A stretch of DNA of 64,000 bases from Vicugna vicugna (lineage: Eukaryota). Positions 1-13,820 of this stretch are shown here, piece by piece (the stretch's first letter is position 1; the number at the start of each line of letters is the position of its first letter). Where the stretch lies: assembly GCA_013265495.1 (NCBI GenBank), contig PNXW01004556.1, positions 1 through 64,000 of the forward strand, written 5' to 3'. A model generated the notes under the pieces. It had not been told where the DNA came from. It did no database searches and saw only the letters and a program-made list of their open reading frames with translations. The translations under genes were made by a program, and so were the position numbers.

Positions 1-3000
1 TGATGATCTCTAGCTCCTTCCATGTTGCTGCAAATAGCATTATTTCATTCATTTTATGGCTGAGTAGTATTCCATCGTATAAATATGCCACAACTTCTTT
101 ATCCAATCATCTGTTGATGGAAATTTATGTTGTTTCTGTATCTTGGCTATTGTATATAGTGCTGCTATGACCATTGGAGGGCATGTATATTTTCAAATTA
201 GAATTCCCTCTGGATATATTCCCAGGAGAGGAGTTACTGAGTAAGGTAAGTCTATTTTTAGTTTTTTGAGGAATCCCCATGCTGTTTCCCATAATGGCTG
301 CACCAGACTTTATTCCTACCAGCAGTGTAGGAGGGCTCCCTTTCTGCACACTCTCTCCAGCATTTATTGTTTGTAGAATTTTTAATAGTGGCCTTTCTGA
401 CTGGTGTGAGGTGACACTGCATTTTAATTTTGATTTACATTTTCTGATAATTGGTGATATTGAGCATTTTTTCATGTGCCTATTGGCTACTTGTATGTCT
501 TCATTGGAGAATTGCTTTTTTAGGTCTTCTGCCCATGTTTGGATTGTTTTATTATTATTACTATTAAGTTGTATGTTTATATATTTTGGTTATTAACATC
601 TTACAAATATTGAGCATCATGTGCCTATTGGCTACTTGTATGTCTTCACTGGAGAATTGCTTTTTTAGGTCTTCTGCCCATGTTTGGATTGTTTTATTAT
701 TATTACTATTAAGTTGTATGTTTATATATTTTGGTTATTAACATCTTACACACATATTTTCTCCCATTCAGTAGGTTGTCTTTTCATTTCGTGGAAAGTT
801 TCCTTTGCTGTTCAAAAGATTTTGAGTTTAATTTGGTTCCATTTACTTATTTTTTTTTTTCCTTTCTTTTAAGAGATAGATCCCCAAAAATATTGCTGAA
901 ATTTCTGTCAAAGTGTGTTTTGTCTGTTTTCCTCTAGGAAACAGAGTATTTACAGCCTGGTCTTACATTAAGTCTTTAATCCATTTTGAGTGTATATTTG
1001 TATATGGTGTTGGAGAATGTTCTAATTTCATTCTTTTACGTGTAGTTGTCCAGTGTTCCTAGCAAATCTTATTGAACAATCTGTCTTTCTCTATTGTACA
1101 CTGCAGCCTCCTTAATTCATCATAAGTATGTGAGTTTATTTCTAGGCTCTCTATTTTGTCCCATTATTCTATTTTCTGGTTTTGTGCCAGTATCATACTG
1201 TTTTGAGTACTGTAGTTTCAGAGTATAATCTGAAGTCAGGAAGTGTAATTACTCCAGCTCTGTTTTTTTCTCCAGTTGTTTGGGCTCCTTGGAGTCTTTT
1301 GTGGGTCCATAAAATTTTTTAGATTATTGGTTCTAGTTTTGTCAAAAATGTCACTGGTATGGTGATAGGGATAGCATTGTAGATTGCCTTTGTTAGTATG
1401 GTCATTTTAACAATATTAATTCTTCCAATACAAAAACATGGTATATCTTTTCACTTGTTTGTATTCTCTTTAATTTCTTTCATTAGTGACTTATAGTCTT
1501 CTAAGTACAGGTTTTTTAAATCCTCAGATGGATTTATTCCTAGGTATTTTATTATTTTTGATGTGAAGGTAAATGGGCTGTTTCCTTAATTTCTCTTTCT
1601 GATTCTTCATTGTTAGTGTATAGAAATGCAACATATTTCTTTATATTAGTTTTGTATCCTGCAACTTTTCCAAATTCATAGATGAGCTCTAGTGTTCTGG
1701 TTGCAACACTGGGATTTTTGATGTATAGCATTATATCATCTTCAAATAATGACAGTTTTACTTCTTGTTTTCTGATTTGGATTCATTTTATTTCTTTTTC
1801 TTTCCTGATTGCTGTGGCCAGGACTTCCAAAACTATGCTGAATAAAAATGGTGAGTGGGTATCTTTGTCTTGTTCTGATCTTGGAGAAAATGTTTTCATC
1901 TTTTCAGAACTGAGACTATTGGCTGTGGGTTTGTCATATATAGAGAGCTTAATAGGTGAAGTTAGTTTCACTGTATGCCCACTTTCTAGAGAGTTTTTAT
2001 CATAAGTGAATGTTAAAATTTTCACCATCTATTGAGATGATCATTTATCCTTCAGTTTGTTAATGTGTTGTATCACTTACTGATTTGAAGATATTGAAAT
2101 ATCATTGCACCCCTGCAATAAACTCCACTTCATCATGATATTTGGTATTTTTAAAGTATTGTTGGAGTCAGTTTGCTAGTATTTTGTTGAGGATTTTTAT
2201 ATCTCTGTTTATCAGTGATATTGGCCTGTAATTTCCCTTTTTTGTGTGTGATGTTGTTGTCTGGATTCAGTGTCAGTGTGATTCGGGCTTCATGGATTGC
2301 ATTTGGAAGTGTTCCATTCCTCTATATTTTTTTGGGTGGGGGAGGAATATTTTCAAAATTCTTCTCTAAATAGTTTACCTGTGAAGCCATCTGGTCATGG
2401 ACTTTTGCTTGTTGGAAATTTTTCATTTACTGATTCAATTTAATTGTTGTTAATCGGTCTGTTCAATATTCTACGTCTTTCTTGTACAGGAAGACTGCTC
2501 ATATGTAGGAATCCATCCATCTCTTCTAGGTTGTCCAATTTATTGGCTTATAGTTGCTTGTGGTAGGTTCTTATGATCTTTTATTTCTGTGGTGTTGGTT
2601 GTAACTTCTCATCTTTCATTTCTGATTTTATTTATTTGGACACTTTCTCTTTTTTTTTTCTTGATAAATCTGGCTAAAGATTTATCAACTTTGTTTATCT
2701 CTTTGAAGAACCAACTTTAAGTGTTATTGATATTTTCTATTCATTTCTTAGTTTCTATTTCATTTATTTCTACTGTAATCTTTCCTTTCTTTTCTTCTAC
2801 TAATTTTGTGTTTTGTTTGCTTTTCTATCTCTAGTTACTTTAGGTGTAAGGTTAGGTGTTTTATTTGAGATGGTTCTTGTTTCCTGAGGTAAGTTTTTAT
2901 TGCTATAAACTTCCCTCTTAAAACAGTTTTGTTTCATCCCATAGGTTTTGGATCTTCATGCTTTCATCATTTATCTCTAGGTATTTGTTTTATTTCTTCT

Positions 3001-3887
3001 TTGATTTCGTTAGTGATCCATTGGTTGCTTAGTAGCATATTATTTAGCCTCCACATGTTTGTGGTATTTTTGCATTTTTTTTCTTGTAGTCAATAGTAGT
3101 TTCATAGCATTGTTGTCAGAAAAGCTGCTTGATACTTCAATTTTCTTAAAATTTATTGTGGTTTGTTTTGTGGCCTAGTATATGATCTAGCCTCGAGAAT
3201 GTTCCATGTACACTTAAAAGAATATGTATTCTGCTACTTTCAGTTGGAATGTTCTCTATGTATCAACTAAATTCCACTGGTCTAATGTGTCACTTAAGGC
3301 CAATGTCTCCTTATTAATTTTCTGTCTGAATGATCTGTCCATTGAAGTAAATGGGTTTTTAAATTCCCCTAAGATTATTGTGTTACTGTATATTTCTCCC
3401 TTTATATCTATTAATATTTGCTTTATGTAATTAGGTGCTCCTATTTTGAGTACATATATATTTATAATTGCCATATTTTCTTCTTGGATTGATCCCTTGA
3501 TTATTATGTAGTGTCCTTCTTTGTCTCTTGTAACAGTCCTTATTTTAAAGTATACTTTACCTGATTTCAGTATCACTGTCCCTGCTTTCTTTTGGTTTCC
3601 ATTCATATGGAATATCTTTTTTCCACCTCCTCACTTTCAATCTGTATACATCTTTAGATCTGAAGTGAATCTCTTGTAGGGATATATAAGCATATATATG
3701 GGTCTTGATTTTATATTCACTCAGCTAGTCTGTGTCTTTTGACTGGAGCACAGTCCATTTACATTTAAGGTAATTACTGATATGTATGTGCATATTGCCA
3801 TTTGTTCATTGTTTTCAGTTATTTTGGTAGGTGTTTTTTCCCCTTTTTTTCTTCTTTTGTTCTCTTCTTTTGTGATTTTTATGACTA
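1..3887 (-). mobile_element. LINE-1, decayed, spanning ORF2 from its N-terminal endonuclease to the C-terminal end (3' end runs off the window start)
   Basis: Minus-strand ORF2p remnants: MAICTYISVITLNVNGL (ORF2 start), NGNQKKAG...DKEGHYIIIKGSIQEE...INIY (endonuclease), IYDKPTAN...[19 protein letters not shown] (RT), and the C-terminal region at 125-475. Many stops and frameshifts. Confidence 0.95.
457..750. repeat. Tandem duplication of ~150 bp inside the L1 (457-606 / 607-750)
   Basis: atattgagcat...catgtgcctattggctacttgtatgtcttca...ttaacatcttaca occurs twice in direct succession, nearly identical. Confidence 0.95.
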
Positions 3888-6800
3888 ACCAATATAGGAG
3901 CACTTAAATATATAAAACAAATACTGACAGACATAAAGGGAGAAAATGATGGGAATACAACAATAGAAGGAGACTTTAACACCCCACTAACATCATTGGA
4001 CAAGTCTTCCAGATAGAAAATCAATAAAGCAATGGAAATACTACATGACAAAATAGAACAGTTGGACTTGGTTGATATTTTTAGGTCATTACATCCCCCC
4101 AAACAGAATACAGATTCTTTTCAAATGCTTATGGAACATTGTCTAGGATAGACTACATACTCAAGCCCAAAAAAGCCTCAGTAGATTTAAGAGGATAGAA
4201 ATTATTTCAAGCATCTTCTCTTGACCACAGTGACATGAAACTAGAAATCAACCACAGAAAAAAAAGGAGAAAGAAAACAACACATGGACACTTAACAACA
4301 TGTTACTAAAAAACCAATGGCTTGATGATGAAATCAAAGAAGAAATTAAAAATTACCTTAGGACAAACAACAGTGAAAATACAACCACTTAAAATCTATG
4401 GCTGCAGCAAAAGCAGTCCTAAGAGGGAACTTCATAGTTCTTCCTCAAAAAATGAGAACAATCTCAAATAAACAACCTAAAATTCCACCTAAAAGAATTA
4501 GAAAAAGAAGAAAAAAAATAAAACCTAAAGTCAGCAGATGGAAGGCAATAATAAAAATCAGGAAGGAAATATATGGAATGGATCAAAAAAACATTAGAAA
4601 AAGTCAATCAAGCCAAGAGCAATTTAAAAAAAAAAAAGAGTAAACAAAATTGACAAACCTCTGGCCAGGCTCACTAAGAAGAAAAGAGAAAGGACACAAG
4701 TAAACAAAATAAGTAATGATAATGGAGAAATTATAACCAACACCACAGAAATACAAAAATTTGTAAGAGAATACTATAAACAATAATATGGCAATAAATT
4801 GGACAACTTAGAAGAAATGGACAAGTTTCCAGAAACACACAGTCCACCAAAACTGAATCAAGAAGAAATAGATCACTTGAACAGACATCTCTAGAAGGGA
4901 AATAAAATCAGCAATAAAAAAACCTCCCTGCAAACAAAAGTCCAGGACCAGATGGCTTCACTAGGGAATTCTATCAAACATACAAAGAAGAGCTCATACT
5001 GATCCTTCTCAAACTCTTCCAAAAGTCTGATGAGAATGAAATACTCCTAAACAATGAAGCTGCCATCACCGCGATACCAAAGCCGGACAAAGACACTACC
5101 AAAAAAGAAAACTATAGGCCAATATTATTGATGAGCATACATGCAAAAATTCTCAACAAAATATTAGCAAACAGAATCCAACAACACATAAAAAAGATTA
5201 TATACCATGGTCAATTTTGGTTCATCCCAGGGACACAAGGATGGTTCAACATATGCAAATCAATCAATGTGATACACCATATCAACAAAAGAAAGAGAAA
5301 AATCACAAGATCATCTCAATAGATTTAGAAAAAGTATTTGATAAAATTTCACATATATTTATGATAAAAATTCTAACCAAAGTGAGTATAGAGGGATTAT
5401 GACAAATCCACAGCCATCATAATATTCAACAGTGAAAAGTTGAAAGCCTTCTCACTCAAATCTGGAATAAGACAAGGACTTCCATCCTCAACACTTCTAT
5501 TCAGTATAATATTGGAAGTCCTAGCCATAGCAATCAGACAAGAAAAAGAAATAAAAGGGATCCAAGATGGAAGAGAAAACGTAAAATTGTCACTGTATGC
5601 AGATGACATAATACTATATATAGAAAACCCTAAGGGCTCCACACAAAAACTACTAGAGCTGATAAAAGAATTTGGCAAGGTAGCAGAATACAGGATTAAC
5701 ATACAGAAATCAGTTGTATTTCTCTACACTAACAATGAAATATCAGAGAAGGAAAGTAAAGAAACAATCCCTTTCAAAATTGCATCCAGAAAAATAAAAT
5801 ACTTCATAATAAATCTGACGAAGGAAATGAAATACTTATATGTGGAGAACTACAAAACATTGACTAAGGAAATTAAAAATTACTGAAGGAAATGGAAAGA
5901 TATCCCATGTTCTTGGATTGGAAGAATTAATATTGTTAAAATGAACATACTACCCCAAGCAATATACAAATTTAATGTGATCCCTATCAAATTACCTAGG
6001 AAATTTTTTCACAGAACTAGAAAAAATAATCCTAAAATGTATATGGAATCACGAAAGACCCAGAATTGCCAAAGCAATTCTGAAGAAAAAGAATGAAGCT
6101 GGAGGAATAACTCTCCCAGACTTCAGACCATATTACAGAGCTACAGTAATCAAACCAGCATGGTATTGGTACAAAAACAGACATATGGACCATTTGAGCA
6201 GAATAGAGAGCTCAGAAGTGAACCTAGAAACTTTTGGTCAATTAATCTTTGACAAAGGAGGCAAGAACATACAATGGAATAAAGACAATGTCTTCAGAAA
6301 ATGATGCTGGAAAAACTGGACAGTTGCATGTAAATCAATGAACTTAGAACACTCCCTCACACCATATACAAAACTAAACTCAGAATGACTTAAAGATTTA
6401 AACATAAGACAAGACACAATAACCCTCTTAGAAGAAAAAAATAGGAAAACATTATCTGACATAAATCTCAGCAATATTCTCCTAGGGCAGTCTACCCAGA
6501 CAATAGAAATAAAAGCAAGAATAAACAAATGGGACCTAATGAAACTTATAAGCTTTTACACAGCAAAGGAAACCATAAGCAAACAAAAAGACAACCTACA
6601 GAATGAGAGAAAACATTTGCAAAAAATGAGACTGACAAGGGCTTAATTTCTAGAATATATAAACAGCTCATAGAACTTAATAAGAAAAAAAAATCCTAAA
6701 ATGGGCAGAAGACCTAAACAAGCAATTCTCCAATGAAAACATACAAATGGCCAATAGGCACATGAAAAGATGCTCAATATTGCTAATTATCAGAGAAATG

Positions 6801-7697
6801 CAAAGCAAAGCTACAATGTGGTATCACCTCACACCAGTCAAAATGGCCATCATTAAAATGTCCACAAATGATAAAAGCTGGAGAGGGTGTGGAGAAAAGG
6901 GAACCCTCCTACACTGCTGGTAGGAATGTAGTTCAGTGCAGCCATTTTGGAAAATGGTATGGAGATTCCTCAAAAGACTAAAAATAGATTTACCCTATGA
7001 CCCAGTAATCCCACTCCTGGGCACATATCCAGAGGGAACCTTAATTCAAAAAATACATGCTCCCAATGTTCAAAGAAGAATTATTTACAATAGCCAAGAC
7101 TTGGAAACAACATAAGTGTCCATAGAGAGAAGATTGGATAAAGAAGTGGTGGTATATTTACACAATGGAATACTACTCAGCCATAAAAAAGAATAAAATA
7201 ATGCTATTTGCAGCAACATGGATGGCCCTGGAGAATGTCGTTTCTAAGTGAAGTAAGGCAGAAAGAGAAAGAAAAATAGCATATGATATCACTCATGTAG
7301 AATCCAAAAAAAAAAAAAAAAACTAATGAACTTATTTACAGAAAAAAAAAAAAAAAAAAGACTAATGAACTTATTTACAGAATAGAAACAGACTCACAGA
7401 CATAGAAAACAAACTTATGGTTCCCAGGGAGGGAAGGGGATGGGAAGGGATAAATTGAGAGTTTGAGATTTGCAGACATTAACTAATATATATATAATAT
7501 ATATTATATATAATATAAAATAAACAAGTTTATACTATATAGCACAGGGAGCTATATGTGATTTCTTATAGTAGCTTACAGTGAAAAAGAATATAAAAAT
7601 GAATATAGGTATATTCATGTATGACTGAAGCATTATGCTGTTCAACAGACATTGACACAACATTGTAAACTGACGATATGTCAATAAAAAAAAAAAT
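3888..7697 (+). mobile_element. LINE-1, 5'-truncated, relatively young lineage-specific subfamily with 3'UTR and poly(A)
   Basis: ORF2 fragments [38 protein letters not shown] and [16 protein letters not shown] (YADD motif). G-rich 3'UTR at ~7425-7450; aataaa plus A-run at ~7683-7697. Frameshifted. Confidence 0.97.
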
Positions 7698-9224
7698 ATA
7701 TATATATATACAAAAGAACCCAGCTAATTAGAAACCACTTAGATTTCAATAGGTTAAGGGTTACTGACAAACCAAATGCATGAGCAAATAAAAACACCTA
7801 ATAAATGTCTGAAAACAAATTCAATCTCTCTTAATGATCCAATAAACGTAAATTTAAAAACAGCAGGTTAAATTTTTGCCAATCAATTTATAAAAGAATT
7901 TAAATAAAATAATAATGTTAAACACTGATTTTTGTGTAGTGAGGCAAACACTCACATAGTGATATTGAATTGGGGGAAGTGTACTATGGTACTACTTTTT
8001 TGTGATCTGTTGTATAACTGTGTATCAAGCACCTGAAAAATATTCATATTCTTTGACTCAGTAAAAATCACTTTTGGGGTATTACCTTGGAAATATATTT
8101 TAAGGGAAAAATCCCAAATACAGAGAAATCTTTATAGTACAAAAATCATTTCAAATAAAAAGTGATACTTAAGAAGTTCCCCACCAATATTAGAAAATGC
8201 CAATGTAATAATAAGATTTAGAAAAAAGAATAAAAGTTTGTGTATATAGCATGCTTTCAACTGTGTGAAAGAAATACTTTAGGTGAAACTTTAAATTGAT
8301 TTCACCAATATTAACGAGAATGGCTATTATCAAAAAGTGCTGAGGTAATGGGTGATTTGGAGTTTATTCTTCATACTACTAAACTTTATACATTATTTTA
8401 TTTACCACCTGGAAGAACTTTAAGTGTTATTTGAATAATATAAGGTGCTTGCAACAGACACAAGGCAGGAATTGTCAAGTTGGGGACGTTGACTTTGATT
8501 CTACTTTTGCTCTGATGCATCTGTCCCCTTCCTGTTCCCTTCCTAGCAGTCCGTCTCCAGCCTCTTAAGTTGGACAGTGAGAAATTGCTACTTTGTAGGT
8601 CAAAAAAAGACAGCTAGTGGCAATTTCATGTAGTTATAAATGCTATGCAAACAGGAGGCTTCAGATATCATATACTTTCCAGTGGCATTTTTCCAATAGG
8701 AAGTTTCTCATAATGGAATTTCAAGCACTGAAATAGTTGCTAGGTGACGTGAAATGATAAGATGCTAGTGAGAAGAGCCTCTTACTCTCCTGGGTTATTT
8801 TGTGAGAGATAAACCACTGAGTTAAGTTGCAGGAAATTATGGTAAGCTTTCTTAGAGCCAGAGATATGGGTTGGATGAATCATTCACAGAGAGCTGGTAA
8901 TGAAAACCATGAGAGTGGGTGTGCTTGGAAAGGGAGATGCCAAGAAAAAGAAGTACATGTGCCATGTAGTAGGTGGAGAGGGCTGAGCAGAGGAAGGGCA
9001 GGAAAAGAGACAGAACAGCACAACCCTTGCAGAATCAAAGGAGGAAAGAGCTTCAAGGATGCAGAATGCAACAGTGTTACAGAATGGATGCAGGTGCTGA
9101 CAATTAGTGAAGGCTACTGGGTATGTCCATAGACAGCATTAATTAACCAGAGAAGAGCATGTTTCCTAGGGTGATCAGAGCAGAAACCAGACTGCAAAGT
9201 GTCGAAGTAGGAGTGAAGCAGGAT

Positions 9225-9970
9225 GCACAGTGATTAACAGCCATGGCCCTGGAGTCAGACAGCCTGATTTATTTCCTGGGTCTACTGCTAACTAGACAGG
9301 TGGCATGTTACTTCTCATCTCTGTGTTTCCTGTCCTCATTTACAAAGCTAATAAAGTAACAATAGTCCCTGCAGTGATAGGTGACTGATGAGCTCAATTC
9401 TTCACCCCTCCCATAAGCACACCCTTTGTCCTGTAACCTGACAGTACCCACCCTCTCTGATTCCAGGCTCAGCCTTTTGACTTTCTTTGGCCAAAGAATG
9501 AAAGTGACAGCGCACCAGTTCTGACCCCAAGAGGACTTGTATGTTTCTCTCCGCTTGCTTTCTGCCCTTCTGCCATCACCTGGCAAATATACTCAGACCA
9601 GTCTTGCTGGAAGAAGAGAGACTTATTGGAGCAAAGCTGAGTTACCCTTGGAATTCCAGCTGGGGCCAGCCTTGATCAGCTGACCCCTAAACATGTGAGC
9701 AAGCCAGTCACCATCAGCAGAGTCATCTAGCCAGCACATGTACCCCCCTCAATCCAACTAACCTCGGATATGCAGGCAATGTATTCTTGTTATTGAATAT
9801 ACTGAATTGGATGCTTACCATTGAATGCACTCAGGCAGCATCACTGTGAAAACAAATAACTGATATACCTGCTCTATAGGGTTGTTGCAGGATTAAATAA
9901 AATAATGGGTGTCGACCACTGTCAACAGTACCTAACACACAGCAGCTACTTAAACAAGTGTTAGTGATCA
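9225..9970 (+). mobile_element. MIR SINE interrupted by a MaLR LTR
   Basis: MIR core ggccctggagtcagacagcctg...ctctgtgtttcctgtcctcatttacaaa (9245-9370) resumes as cctgctctatagggttgttgcaggattaaat...cagtacctaacacacag at 9868-9970. Confidence 0.75.
9371..9867 (+). mobile_element. MLT1-type (ERVL-MaLR) solo LTR
   Basis: Typical MLT1 features (cttcacccctccc...ctttggccaaagaatg...) and the 3' end gcagcatcactgtgaaaacaaataactgatata; it splits the MIR. Confidence 0.7.
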
Positions 9971-11079
9971 TCATTACCAGAGACAGTGATTATTTCCCCT
10001 GGGGTCGCACAGGGACAAACTGAGACGATGGTAGGATGGGCTGGCTAATAATTTGGTGCCTCTCCAACTTCATATTCTTTCCTATCTTTCTAAATGTAAT
10101 TTAGTGAGGGAAGAAGAACACAATTTCTTTTAATAATTATTGTACACAAAACTGATTCACTTATTTTGCCATTTCTACTGGCCAAAAGAGAACTGATGTT
10201 CTGGGGGTGCAAAGGACGAAATATCTCCCACTTCTCAGTAAATCCACTCCCTGTCTAGAGTTCTTTGTGGTTTTCAAACAAGAAAACTATTGAAGAAATA
10301 TATTGAAGTGTATAAAACTCAGAAAATAAAACAAACCTCTCATTTCTAGTAAATGACACCATGCCATGCATTTTGCAGTTTGAGAATTCCAGCCGCACCA
10401 GACTTCTGACTCTTAGCTGACTGACTACATGCTGAGTCATAAAAATACTTGACAAAAATAAGATGCACTCAGTAAGTTTTTTTTTTTTTAATTTCCACAC
10501 GAAATCAAGTCCTGGTTCTGCAGAAGCAATGCATTTTTTTCCCCTATTGCAGTGGAGATTTAATATCTCTTAAATGGGACAAGTCTGAACACCTTTACAA
10601 TGAACCCATCTCTTGCTTGCTTTGCGGTCATCTTACTGTGGGGAAACTGGATAATCAAATACCCCTTTGCAACAACATATGGCATACGTGCTGGCTAGGA
10701 TTCAGGTGGAGCTCACACTAGCATCTCATTTTAAGGTTCTATTAGATTACCTGGCCTGGAATGGGAGGTATAAAAAACAAGCCCCATCAAGCCAAAGGGT
10801 AAGAGCTCTGTAAAATCCAGTTGCCACTTCCGCCTTTCCTCTCATTATTAACCGAAATGAAGCACAATGAGACTATTAACCATTCCTTGATCAATGGATG
10901 TTAAATGCAAACAGCAAATCACAGTTCAGAAGTTTATACCGCAACAGATTCAAGCTAATTATCCACAAACTTTCCTCACTTTCAAGCATCCTTCAACCAA
11001 GGTCTCTAGAAGTTGAAGTCCTTTGTCATTGTTGCAGTTTAGGGAGAAAAGTAGCTCTCTTCAGTAAGTCTCTCACCCT

Positions 11080-11292
11080 GTTACAGTGGGTTCAAATCCC
11101 AGATCTGCTGCATATTAGCTGTGAAACCTTGGGCAAGTTGCTGACCTCACTATGCTTCTGTTTTCTCATTAATAAAATGAAGATGATAATAACACTTCCT
11201 CCATGATGGTTTTGTGAAGATTTAATTCAATAATCTATGTACAATGGTTGATAGTTCATGGGACAGTACTAGCCACATAGTCAGTGCTCAAT
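11080..11292 (+). mobile_element. MIR SINE
   Basis: gggttcaaatccc...tagctgtgaaaccttgggcaagttgctgacctc...tgtgaagatttaa...gccacatagtcagtgctcaat matches the MIR core and tail. Confidence 0.8.
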
Positions 11293-12390
11293 GTTTTATT
11301 CAACAAATATTTATTGAACCTACTATGTACTAGGCAATGTTCTGGGCATTCAATAGGACAGACCAAGAAAGATGAATCTTACATTGTAGAGAGGGAGACA
11401 GACAATTAACTATGAGTAGACTAAATGGGTAAACATTTAAGTGTGTTAGACAATGATAAATGATACGTAACAAAAGGAAAAGCAATGCAGGGTGAGGGGA
11501 TTGGGAGGGCTGAGATGGAAGGAGGGAAAGTTGCATTGTTGAATAAAAATAGATAAGCCTTATCAAGATAACCACATATATATAAATAGATTAAAAAAAT
11601 AAATTTCTTCTGTATAGCACAGGGAACTGTATTCAATATCTTGTAATAACCTTTAATGAAAAATAATATGAAAACAAATATATGTGTATATATATGTATA
11701 TATATGCATGACTGGGACATTATGCTGTATACCAGAAATTGACACATTGTAACTGACTATACTTCAATTAAAAAAAGATATAATTGGAGAAAAGTCTCAA
11801 TGGAAGGGACGGAGTGAGCTGAATGTGTGCCCTAGAGAAGAATCTACCAAGCTCAAACCAAGGCTCAAAGGCAAGGGGCCAGCGTGATCTGAAGGAGCCA
11901 GGGGACAGTGGGAGGAAATGAAGTCAAAGCAACAAGGGGTGTCTGATCCCTTGGGGACTTGAAGGCCACTCTCAGGGCTTCAGTTTTCATTCTCAGTAAT
12001 GTGCAGAATTGCTACAGGATTTTGAGTGAAGGAGGAGCATGATCTCACTTACATCTTAAAGGAATCACTCAGTTCTCTGTTGAGACTAGACTGCAGGGGA
12101 GAAAAGTAAGTCAGGGAGACTTGCTACTGCTGTACTTCAGGTGAGAGATGATGGAGTCTCCAGCTGGGGCTTGGGTTTTAGGGTAAAAATAAGAGAGGGC
12201 TAGCCATGGAGGTGGTAAGAAGTGGTTGGATCTGGGGTGTCCTTTAATGACGAAGTTAACCACATTCCCTGAGAAATTAGATATGGAATGTGAAAGAGTC
12301 AAGTCACCCAGCCTGAGCAACTGGAAAGATGCAGTTGCCATCTACTAGAATGGAGATGGTTGTGGGCAGAAAGAAGCAACAGTTTAGTCT
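11293..12390 (-). mobile_element. LINE-2 3' fragment (interrupted by a short L1)
   Basis: ttcaacaaatatttattgaacctactatgt (reverse complement of the L2 tail), followed by L2-like purine-rich sequence. Confidence 0.75.
11575..11776 (+). mobile_element. Short L1 3'-end insertion (~200 bp)
   Basis: tgtatagcacagggaactgtattcaatatcttgtaataacc...gactgggacattatgctgtataccagaaattgacacattgtaactgactatacttcaattaaaaaaa; homologous to the 3' end at 7540-7697. Confidence 0.9.
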
Positions 12391-12864
12391 TGTTACTGAA
12401 GGAAACTTAGCTGCTTTTGTTAGTATCACAGGCTGCCTTGTACTGTTGTAAATACATGCACCTGCCTTATCTCTTTCTCCAGATGGAAAACTACCTGAGA
12501 CTAGAGATCATATCATGTTCTTTTTAAAAAATGACCCAGCTTAGCTGATATAGCTGGGCTCTAAATTTGCAAAATACACCAGCTACATTCCTAGCACTTG
12601 CTAAATAATCTAAACAACTCCTGTCTGTCCTTTAAAATCTTATCAGAAAAGAAATAAAAATCATTGGAGGATGGCCTGAATGTATAGATAACATTCTGTC
12701 ACAGATATTTAAGCACCGTCCCTAGGTTGCCCTAGGGCATCTGGAAGTGAGATCCCTGAGTTGCCTGCACACTTCGGCTGCTAAAATATTTCTATTAATA
12801 TTATTTTGAAGTGTTGCCTTTGGCCAATATGCAGGAATGCTGTAATAAGCAATTCTCCTTTCTG

Positions 12865-13335
12865 TCAAGCCCTATCTCATTTAGAGTAAATGCCAAAGTC
12901 TGCACAGTGCCCAACAAAGATCTGGGTTATTCTACGCCCCCCCGATCTTATACCTTACTTGTCTTATTCTTCTCACCAGGCTTCTCCCAACTGAGGAAGC
13001 TTGTCCATGCTGCTCCCTCTACTGAAAACACTCATCTCCCAGACTGTCACAGGATCCTCTCTCTCACTCGTCAAGACTTTCCTTAAACGTACCTTCTCAT
13101 TGAGAAGTTACCTTCACCATCCTATTTAATATTACAGCCCCCTCACTCCCCAGAATCTCTCTTCCTCCTTATCCTGCTGTCTTTTTTCTGTATCTGTGTC
13201 CTAATTAATACCTCCCTGGCATGTCAGGTCCACACGGTCAGAGATTCTTACTGTTTTATCCACTGCTGTATTCCCAGCACCTGGAAACATGTCTGTTCAT
13301 AGAAGGCACATGGTAAACATTTATTGAGTGAATCG
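12865..13335 (+). mobile_element. LINE-2 3' fragment
   Basis: Ends in the L2 tail ctgctgtattcccagcacctggaa...taaacatttattgagtgaat. Confidence 0.7.
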
Positions 13336-13519
13336 TCTTCGGACTAAGACCCACTGTGCTTCTGAAAATGGTTTATTTTTTGTGTAATTTGAATTTCATA
13401 ACTGATCGTGTTTTCCTCTTCACATTTAAGACTAGGAAACTTAGAACCAAGTCTATAGCACTTATATAGGACCTCACCTACATTTTTATGATTTGTGGTT
13501 AAAAAAAAAACAACCTCAA

Positions 13520-13670
13520 TTCTGGGGCTGAGGGTCCTGGCTTTGAATCCTAGCCTCACCACTTGATGTGTGACTTTGTTGACTTTTTGGTTCTCCCATT
13601 TTCTCTTGTAGAACGGGCACCAGAATAGTGACTTACCTCAAATAATTATTGTGAGGATAAAATAAGATAG
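13520..13670 (+). mobile_element. MIR fragment
   Basis: cctggctttgaatcctagcctcaccacttgatgtgtgactttg...acctca...ttgtgaggataaaataagata. Confidence 0.6.
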
Positions 13671-13724
13671 TGGAGCCAGGCTTCATATATTGAAAGAACT
13701 AAATGATGCTTTGCTGGTATTATT

Positions 13725-13820
13725 AAGATGACCAATCATCTCGGTTGGTCCGGGACCAAGGGATTTCCACGGATGTGAGATTTTTAATGCTGCAACCAGG
13801 GTAGTCCCAAGTACACAACT
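13725..13820. mobile_element. MER81-like hAT DNA transposon remnant
   Basis: aagatgaccaatcatctcggttggtccgggacc...gctgcaaccagggtagtccc resembles the recalled MER81 consensus. Confidence 0.5.

Noticed and set aside
1..7697. Single L1 with a twin-priming 5' inversion
   Set aside because: Both parts cover the same ORF2 interval and differ in age, so they are two elements.
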